A DNA stretch of 26,693 nt. Source: a virus (Duplodnaviria; Caudoviricetes). Below the pieces are notes generated by a model that worked only from the letters and a program-made list of their open reading frames with translations, was not told the DNA's origin and did not search any database. The stretch covers positions 1-26,693 of IMG/VR virus record IMGVR_UViG_3300021962_000543; one strand, 5' to 3'. Below, one piece after another: positions 8,533 through 15,170 of the stretch (position 1 is the first letter of the stretch; each line of letters starts with the position of its first letter). A program made the translations under genes and the position numbers.

Positions 8533-9804
8533 ATGGCTCAAACGATTCAAATTAAACGCAGTAGCTCCACAGCTACTCCTACTTCACTACAAAATGGTGA
8601 ATTAGCGTATTCGGCAACGAGTAATAAGCTATTTATTGGTCGCCCTGGTGGTGGTACTGGTGATGTAGATGCGATTGGCGGAAAAGTATATGTAGATATG
8701 CTTGACCATACCGCTGGTACTCTTACCGCAAGCAGTGCAATAGTTGTAGACTCAAATAGTAAGATTGATAACTTTTTAGTAGATAATCTTCAGTTTGATG
8801 GTAATGCAATTACTTCTACAAATACAAATGGTACTATTACCATTACTCCAAATGGTACTGGCGATCTTGTTCTTGATGGACTCAATTGGCCTCAAGCAGA
8901 CGGTAGCGCAAATCAATACTTAAAAACTGATGGTTCAGGTCAGCTTTCTTGGGGTACTGTAACTTCTAGCTTTACAATTTCTGACGGCTCTGCCACAGAT
9001 ACTTTTAATACTGGTGGTACTCTTACTTTTGCCGCTGGTACCGATATAAGCACCACTGTAACTAATGATACAGTAACAATTGCATACACTGGTAGTGATG
9101 TAACTCTTTCAGGTGCTTATAATTATCTTACTCTTAGTGGTCAGCAGATTACTCTTGGTCAGATAGACCTTACTACTGACGTTACTGGTTCATTGCCAAA
9201 TGCTAATTTAGCAAATAGTTCTTTTACTCTTGGCAGCACTTCTATTTCCCTTGGTAGTACAACTACTACTGTTGCTGGACTTACCTCTGTAACTTCTACA
9301 GATTTTGTTGGTGATGTTTCTCAAGCAAATGGCTCTGGTACTGATGTTAGTGGTACTGATTTAATTATAAAAGCTGGTGCGGGTACAGGTACTGGCGCAG
9401 GCGGTAAAATTTACTTTAGAACTGCAGATGGTGCAGGTTCTACTGGCTCAACCGTAAACAGTCATGCAAATGCTCTTATTTTGAATGACGACATGGTCGC
9501 AACCTTTGGTGCGGGTGTTGTTATTACTGGCGACCTGACTGTAAATGGTACAACTACTACTGTAAACTCAAATACTGTAGCTGTTGGTGATAACATTCTT
9601 GTCCTAAATAGCGACGAGACTGGTACTCCCTCTCAGAACGCTGGTATCGAAATCGAACGCGGTACATCCTCAAATGTAGCTCTGCGTTGGAATGAAACTA
9701 GCGATAAGTGGGAAACTACTATTGACGGTACAAATTATTATGTGCTTCTCAATGCTAACAATTTTACAACTGAAATTACCACACTCGATGGCGGTACATT
9801 CTAA
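8533..9804 (+). CDS. Tail fibre shaft segment with Mtd_N-like N-terminus, ending in DGGTF
   Basis: MAQTIQIKRS..LQNGELAYS..KLFIG N-terminus, fibre modules PQADGSANQYLKTDGSGQLSW and GDLTVNGTTTTVNS..NAGIEIERGT..WNETSDKW; Thr/Gly/Ser rich. Confidence 0.75.
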   Translation: MAQTIQIKRSSSTATPTSLQNGELAYSATSNKLFIGRPGGGTGDVDAIGGKVYVDMLDHTAGTLTASSAIVVDSNSKIDNFLVDNLQFDGNAITSTNTNGTITITPNGTGDLVLDGLNWPQADGSANQYLKTDGSGQLSWGTVTSSFTISDGSATDTFNTGGTLTFAAGTDISTTVTNDTVTIAYTGSDVTLSGAYNYLTLSGQQITLGQIDLTTDVTGSLPNANLANSSFTLGSTSISLGSTTTTVAGLTSVTSTDFVGDVSQANGSGTDVSGTDLIIKAGAGTGTGAGGKIYFRTADGAGSTGSTVNSHANALILNDDMVATFGAGVVITGDLTVNGTTTTVNSNTVAVGDNILVLNSDETGTPSQNAGIEIERGTSSNVALRWNETSDKWETTIDGTNYYVLLNANNFTTEITTLDGGTF

Positions 9805-9814
9805 ATAGAAACTA

Positions 9815-9845
9815 ACCTCCTGCGTATATACGCAATTTATAGGAG
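9815..9845 (+). promoter_or_regulatory. Putative RBS-sequestering hairpin (anti-SD + 14-bp palindrome)
   Basis: ACCTCCT (9815-9821), perfect palindrome TGCGTATATACGCA (9821-9834) and AGGAG (9841-9845) just before the ATG at 9852. Confidence 0.55.
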
Positions 9846-9851
9846 AGCCAA

Positions 9852-10733
9852 ATGGCACAAACGATAAAACTGAAGCGTTCGGCAACACCGAGCGCGGCTC
9901 CTACTACCTCGGATTTGGATCTTGGTGAAGTTGCTATCAATACCTATGATGGCAAAATGTACATCAAGAAAAATGTCTCGGGTACAGAGAGCATCGTAGA
10001 AATTAGTGGAGGAGGCGGAGCGCCTTCTGGTGACTATCTTTACGAGCGTACAACATATACTGCCACTGCCTCTCAAACAACCTTTCTTGCTGACTACTAT
10101 GTTGGTTATGTAGATGTCTGGTTGAATGGTATTAAACTGATACCTGGAACTGACTTTACAGCAACAAACGGCACATCTATAGTTCTTGCGTCTGGTGCAA
10201 CCGTAGGAGACTCTGTTGAAATTCTTGCTTGGATTTCTTCAGACTTAAATACTTTAATTGCAGCTGTAGGATTCGATACTTATACTTATACTGCAACTGC
10301 TTCACAAACGACTTTTTCTGGTGCAGATGACAATACTGCAACTTTAGCATATACAGTTGGTCGTGTTCAAGTATTTATGAATGGTATATTACTTGATGGT
10401 GACTCAGAATATACTGCTTCAAATGGTACTTCTATAGTTCTTGCTGCTGCCGCTTCTGTAAATGACATAATAAAGATTATCGCATATACAGCAGACACAG
10501 CAACTACTCTTGACTTAACAGTACAAGGTAATTTAACAGTTACTGGTACTACAACTGGAATAGAAACAGATTTTTATAATTCTGATGCTGTTACAGCAGA
10601 TAGAACATTAGACTCAACTACACACTACCGTGCAGGTAAGAATACAACTATAAACAGCGGAGTAACTTTAACAGTTCCTTCAGACAGTCTGCTAGAGATA
10701 TATCACGATTACGTAGCAGCGAAAGCCTTATAA
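9852..10733 (+). CDS. Tail fibre segment / putative branching hub (Mtd_N-like N-terminus, two tandem beta-sandwich repeats)
   Basis: MAQTIKLKRS..LDLGEVAINTYDGKMYIK N-terminus, two YTATASQTTF..VxVxxNGIxL..TAxNGTSIVLA repeats, and a C-terminal TINSGVTLTVPSDS motif. Confidence 0.72.
   Translation: MAQTIKLKRSATPSAAPTTSDLDLGEVAINTYDGKMYIKKNVSGTESIVEISGGGGAPSGDYLYERTTYTATASQTTFLADYYVGYVDVWLNGIKLIPGTDFTATNGTSIVLASGATVGDSVEILAWISSDLNTLIAAVGFDTYTYTATASQTTFSGADDNTATLAYTVGRVQVFMNGILLDGDSEYTASNGTSIVLAAAASVNDIIKIIAYTADTATTLDLTVQGNLTVTGTTTGIETDFYNSDAVTADRTLDSTTHYRAGKNTTINSGVTLTVPSDSLLEIYHDYVAAKAL
10041..10487 (+). repeat. Two tandem ~65-70-aa repeats (10041-10232 and 10272-10487)
   Basis: YTATASQTTF...NGIKLIPGTDFTATNGTSIVLASGATVGDSVEILA versus YTATASQTTF...NGILLDGDSEYTASNGTSIVLAAAASVNDIIKIIA. 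Confidence 0.85.
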
Positions 10734-10743
10734 GGGGAAAACA

Positions 10744-11265
10744 ATGGCATTAAAATTAAACAGTGCATCGGGGTCAATTACAATTTCTGCCGAAGACGGA
10801 AGCGGAAATGTGGATATTAGTTTTCCTCGTGCGGGCTATCAAGCTTACGACGCAGATACTACAAAGAATGACGTAGCGAATACTTTTACTGCAGACCAGA
10901 CTATTACTGGTGAACTACTTGTAGACAGCTATAACGAAAAGTATAATGCAGTTACGTCATCAACTAATGCGACCACAGTGGACTGCGAAACTGGCAACGT
11001 GTTTAGTCATACACTTACAGAAAATACTACTTTTACTTTTAGTAACCCTCCTACATCCGGTACAGCCTACGCAATGGCGGTTAGAATAGTACAAGATGCA
11101 AGTGCGAGCGGTTTTACAGTTACATGGCCTGCAGCAGTTGATTGGCCTGCTGCAACCGCCCCAACTCTTACAGCTACAGCAGATGCTGTAGATTGGTTTG
11201 TTTTCACTACTGTTGACGGTGGAACAACTTGGTATGGATTTACTTCAGGACAGGCACTAGCATAA
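10744..11265 (+). CDS. Fibre adaptor protein, copy 1
   Basis: Paralog of 14658-15167, sharing AEDGSG, DADTTKNDVANTFTAxQT, FSHTLTENTTFTFSN, VQDASASGFTVTWPAAVDW and DGGTTWYGF. Confidence 0.75.
   Translation: MALKLNSASGSITISAEDGSGNVDISFPRAGYQAYDADTTKNDVANTFTADQTITGELLVDSYNEKYNAVTSSTNATTVDCETGNVFSHTLTENTTFTFSNPPTSGTAYAMAVRIVQDASASGFTVTWPAAVDWPAATAPTLTATADAVDWFVFTTVDGGTTWYGFTSGQALA
11008..11045 (+). repeat. 38-bp direct repeat, copy 1 (partner at 14910-14947)
   Basis: CATACACTTACAGAAAATACTACTTTTACTTTTAGTAA versus CATACTCTTACAGAAAATACTACTTTTACTTTTAGTAA: 37/38 identical, 32 contiguous. Confidence 0.9.
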
Positions 11266-13808
11266 TGAGTAATTTTGGTAAATTAATGCAACAAGCTGCC
11301 GCTGGCTCTGCTGGTGGAGATTTCTATGAGCATACAATAGATAACTCTATTCTATTATCTCATGATAGCAGTCAATATTTACGTAGATATATGGAAACTA
11401 ATTCGTCTACTAATACTGATAAGAAAAAAGGTGTAATAAGTTTTTGGTTTAAAAACTGGAAAACTAGAAGAACAAACCGTACTAATTTATATAATCATAT
11501 GGATGATGGATATGAGCTGGGGACGATTGAAATAGCAAACAGCACTACTGAAGTTTTAGAAGATTCCATCTATATGCAAGATTTTCAGTACGACAATAGA
11601 AGCAATTGGAGCGGTAGTAATTATCAGCTGGACGCTGTAGTAGGCATATCTAATAATGCAAGAAGATTTAGAGATAGAGCAGGATGGTATCATTATTGTT
11701 TTATATGGGATACAACACAAGCATCTGCTACAGATAGAGTAAAAGTTTATATTAATGGTGAATTGCAAGGATGGACGCACGATACAACTGTATCTTCTCC
11801 CAGATTTTCGGGGGTTGCTCAACTTCCTACTCTAAATGAACAATTAAATTATCTTGCTGTAGGTGAAACAAGCGGATCGACTTCTTGTAGGCAGTATATA
11901 GGAGCATATGGAGATCCCTGGACTTATACTAATCAGTTTGTGTATTCAGATATACAAATGGCAGAATTTCAAGCAATTGATGGAACAGCCTATGATATTA
12001 GTAAATTTGGAAAGTTAAAAAATGGCATCTGGATTCCAGTAGCCCCTTCTGGAATTTCATATGGAACTGCGGGTAGTTATTTAAAATTTAATAATTCAGG
12101 TTCTCTTGGTGCAGATAGTAGCGGTAATGGAAATGATTGGACTGTAGTAAACGGAGCAACTCAATTAAATGATACGCCTACGAATAACTTTGCTACTTTT
12201 GATCCAAATTTTCTTGGGACCTTTTATGATGGTGTTGGTACTGTAACTGCACCAAATATTACTGGTACAAATGGAAATCTTAATATAGCAGCACCAAATT
12301 CGCCGGGAGATGGATGGGGGACATATTCCTACCTTACTCAAGACATTTTGCCGGGAATGAAAACTTATGTTGAGTTTTCTAACCTTACAAATGCACAGCT
12401 GTGGGTTGTTCGCTCCAGAAATAAGATAGAAAATCCCGGCTCTGGGCTACCCACAGGCCGCATTGGAATGTATAGTGGAGGAATTGTTATTGACGGAAGT
12501 GCAAGTGGTTCAAGTTCTGGTAGTGCAGTTTCATTTACTTCTTCAGACACAATCGCAGTTGCAGTTGATTATGATAACCACACTTCTTACTGGTATAAAA
12601 ACAATACTCTATTCTGGACAGTAACTAACATGAGTTTTTCTGGGACTACTTATCGAGAACCAGATGGTTATTGGATAATCTACACTCCCGGCACAAGCGG
12701 TGCAACTGGCACAGCTAGAGTAAATACAGGACAAACGGCTTTTACTTATACGCCACCAACTGGGTTTGAAGGCCTTTCTACTGCAACAAGAACTGAATCT
12801 ACGTTAAATCCGGCAGGGGCTGAAAATACTTTAGACTATTTTAATGTTGTTACATATACGGGCAACGGTACAGCTATAGGTAGCGGCGGCAAATCTGTTA
12901 CTGGTGTTGGATTCCAGCCCGATATGGTATGGACAAAAAACCGGGATGCGGCACAAAGTTGGGCGTGGATGGACACCCAGATAGGGGCAGGGAAGTATTG
13001 GACTCACAACTATACCAGCACGGGCGTTATTACCAATTCAGAATCTTTGTCTAGCATGGATGCAGATGGGTTTACCGTGGGTAATCTTGCCAATGTCAAT
13101 GTAAATGCACAAAATTATATAGCATATTGTTTTAAGAAAAAAGCAGGATTTTTTGATATAGTCGGATACTCAGGTACAGGCTCTGTGCAAAACATAGCGC
13201 ACGGCTTGGGAGTTGCTCCTAAGATAATTATTGTTAAGCGTGTGACCAACGCCAATACTGCCCCAAGCTATTTTGATTCTGGGTTCTATAGTGACCCGCA
13301 GACAGATTTCATGGGGTTTTTTGACACTAACGCTTTTACCGACGAGAACACTATCTGGAACGATACCGCACCCACATCTACACAGTTTACGGTTGGTACT
13401 AACAGCGGCGTAAATTTGAGCTCAGACACATTTATAGCTTATCTTTTTGCAGAAGTTGAAGGCATGACAAAAATGGGATACTACAAAGGAAATAATTCTA
13501 CTCCTGAAGGCCCATTTGAGTACACAGGATTTAAACCTGCATTTGTTATGGTAAAAAATATTAGTAATTCAGGGTACCACTTTGTTGCCGTAGATAATAA
13601 AAGAAAAAGAGAAAATTTTAATCCTCAAAATGGATGGTTATATATGAGCGGGTCTGATGCTGAAGTATCAAATTCATCCTCTGTAATTGATTTTTATAGC
13701 CATGGATTTAAATTAAGAGCAGATAGTAATACTGCAAACGGGGCAGCATTAAGTTACGCTTACATCGCATTTGCACATAGCCCCTTTAAATATGCAAATG
13801 CAGGATAA
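11265..13808 (+). CDS. Putative receptor-binding protein 1 (ConA/LamG-like + SPRY-like + conserved C-terminal domain)
   Basis: The start is moved to the ATG at 11265 (TAATG coupling). Motifs: DRAGWYH..WDTTQASATDRVKVYINGE, DSSGNGND..DTPTNNFATF, IAVAVDYD..WYKNN, YTGNG..GVGFQPDMVWTK, HGLGVAPKIIIVK and YIAFAHSPFKYANA. Confidence 0.75.
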   Translation: MSNFGKLMQQAAAGSAGGDFYEHTIDNSILLSHDSSQYLRRYMETNSSTNTDKKKGVISFWFKNWKTRRTNRTNLYNHMDDGYELGTIEIANSTTEVLEDSIYMQDFQYDNRSNWSGSNYQLDAVVGISNNARRFRDRAGWYHYCFIWDTTQASATDRVKVYINGELQGWTHDTTVSSPRFSGVAQLPTLNEQLNYLAVGETSGSTSCRQYIGAYGDPWTYTNQFVYSDIQMAEFQAIDGTAYDISKFGKLKNGIWIPVAPSGISYGTAGSYLKFNNSGSLGADSSGNGNDWTVVNGATQLNDTPTNNFATFDPNFLGTFYDGVGTVTAPNITGTNGNLNIAAPNSPGDGWGTYSYLTQDILPGMKTYVEFSNLTNAQLWVVRSRNKIENPGSGLPTGRIGMYSGGIVIDGSASGSSSGSAVSFTSSDTIAVAVDYDNHTSYWYKNNTLFWTVTNMSFSGTTYREPDGYWIIYTPGTSGATGTARVNTGQTAFTYTPPTGFEGLSTATRTESTLNPAGAENTLDYFNVVTYTGNGTAIGSGGKSVTGVGFQPDMVWTKNRDAAQSWAWMDTQIGAGKYWTHNYTSTGVITNSESLSSMDADGFTVGNLANVNVNAQNYIAYCFKKKAGFFDIVGYSGTGSVQNIAHGLGVAPKIIIVKRVTNANTAPSYFDSGFYSDPQTDFMGFFDTNAFTDENTIWNDTAPTSTQFTVGTNSGVNLSSDTFIAYLFAEVEGMTKMGYYKGNNSTPEGPFEYTGFKPAFVMVKNISNSGYHFVAVDNKRKRENFNPQNGWLYMSGSDAEVSNSSSVIDFYSHGFKLRADSNTANGAALSYAYIAFAHSPFKYANAG

Positions 13809-13822
13809 TCGGAGAAAAAACG

Positions 13823-14404
13823 ATGAGATATTATGATATAACAAACTCACAGGTAAAAAGTGAGAGGCAGATAGTAAGAGAAAATCCGAATACAAGTTTT
13901 GCTCTTCCGTTATCTGCTGCCGCATTAGCGGGATTAAACATGGCAATTCTAAAAGAGGACGTGCGTCCTTCTTATGATGCGGATACTCAAACAGTAATTG
14001 ATGGTGATATTGAAGAGCGTTCAGGTTCTTACTATCAGACCTTTACTGTGATTGACCGTTCCGCAGAAGCAATTGCAAATGACCTGGCAAATAAGAAAGC
14101 AAATGTTCGTGCACAGCGCGATGCAAAACTTGCTGCAAGCGATTGGGCAGTTCTTCCTGATTCTGCTCTAAGTGCAGAAGATAAAACTGTTTACCAGAAT
14201 TATCGCACTGCTCTTCGCAATGTTCCTGCACAGGAAGGTTTTCCAAACAATGCATTACCAGAAGGTCCAAACGAATCACCCTATGCTTCATGGACTTATA
14301 ACTCTACAGATTTTGTGTGGGAAGCTCCTCTTGCAAAACCGGAAGGTGCAATATCTTGGAATGAAGAAGCATACCAAGAGGATAATACTACAGGCTGGTT
14401 CTAA
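13823..14404 (+). CDS. Tail fibre assembly chaperone (phage tail assembly chaperone-like) with extra Trp-rich C-terminal module
   Basis: VRAQRDAKLAASDWAVLPDSAL..YRTALRNVPAQEGFP motif, GGAGA RBS, and a position right after a receptor-binding gene. Confidence 0.75.
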   Translation: MRYYDITNSQVKSERQIVRENPNTSFALPLSAAALAGLNMAILKEDVRPSYDADTQTVIDGDIEERSGSYYQTFTVIDRSAEAIANDLANKKANVRAQRDAKLAASDWAVLPDSALSAEDKTVYQNYRTALRNVPAQEGFPNNALPEGPNESPYASWTYNSTDFVWEAPLAKPEGAISWNEEAYQEDNTTGWF

Positions 14405-14658
14405 TGGGAAAATCTCGAGATCTTGCAGATTCTGCAAATATAATTAATTACTTAGATAATTTAACTTCAGCGATTGAAGACTTAGATGGTGCTGGTATTA
14501 CTTCAAATGCAGTCACTGTAACCTCGAGTACTACATTAGAAGCAAACAGTTTAAATAAAGCTTCAACGCTTACATTGAATAATGGAGTCGCAGTAACTAT
14601 ACCTGTAGACTCAGGAATTGAGTTAACAGCGTACTCAAAGATTAGGAGATTTCCATAA
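14404..14658 (+). CDS. Short fibre linker protein (84 aa)
   Basis: TAATG-coupled at both ends. The N-terminus is MGKSRDLAD; the C-terminal TLNNGVAVTIPVDS resembles the end of 9852-10733. Confidence 0.7.
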   Translation: MGKSRDLADSANIINYLDNLTSAIEDLDGAGITSNAVTVTSSTTLEANSLNKASTLTLNNGVAVTIPVDSGIELTAYSKIRRFP

Positions 14659-15167
14659 TGGCTTCTATAGTTTTTACTACCGCAAGCGGTACAACAACTG
14701 TTACAGCGGAGGATGGGTCAGGAGCTGCTTCTGTTAGTATTCCTCGTGCTGGTATACAGGCGTTTGATGCTGACACTACAAAGAACGATGTAGCAAACAC
14801 ATTTACCGCAAATCAGACTTTTGACAATGGTATTATTGAAGAATACAATGCAGTCACTTCAAGTAGTAATGCAACTACTGTAGATTTAGATACTGGAAAT
14901 AATTTTTCACATACTCTTACAGAAAATACTACTTTTACTTTTAGTAATGCTGCAACTTCTGGAAAAGTTTCAAGTTTTACACTTAAATTAGTACAGGATG
15001 CAAGTGCTTCTGGTTTTACAGTTACGTGGCCTGCTGCAGTAGACTGGGCGAGTGCCACAGCACCTACTTTAACAGCAACAGCTTCTGCTGTAGATTATTT
15101 TGTTTTTATTACACATGATGGCGGTACAACCTGGTACGGATTTACTGCTGGTCAGGCAATGGGCTAA
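14658..15167 (+). CDS. Fibre adaptor protein, copy 2
   Basis: Clear paralog of 10744-11265. Confidence 0.75.
   Translation: MASIVFTTASGTTTVTAEDGSGAASVSIPRAGIQAFDADTTKNDVANTFTANQTFDNGIIEEYNAVTSSSNATTVDLDTGNNFSHTLTENTTFTFSNAATSGKVSSFTLKLVQDASASGFTVTWPAAVDWASATAPTLTATASAVDYFVFITHDGGTTWYGFTAGQAMG
14910..14947 (+). repeat. 38-bp direct repeat, copy 2 (partner at 11008-11045)
   Basis: 37/38 identity to copy 1, in the same codon phase. Confidence 0.9.
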
Positions 15168-15170
15168 AAA

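Noticed and set aside
9790-9821. AGGAGG on the minus strand as the RBS of an antisense gene
   Set aside because: The nearest ATG is about 16 nt away and lies antisense within a fibre gene. Pairing with the + strand RBS explains the motif better.
11229-11264. TTG start at 11229 given by the ORF track
   Set aside because: It overlaps the adaptor gene. The ATG at 11265 is TAATG-coupled and matches the paralog's N-terminus.
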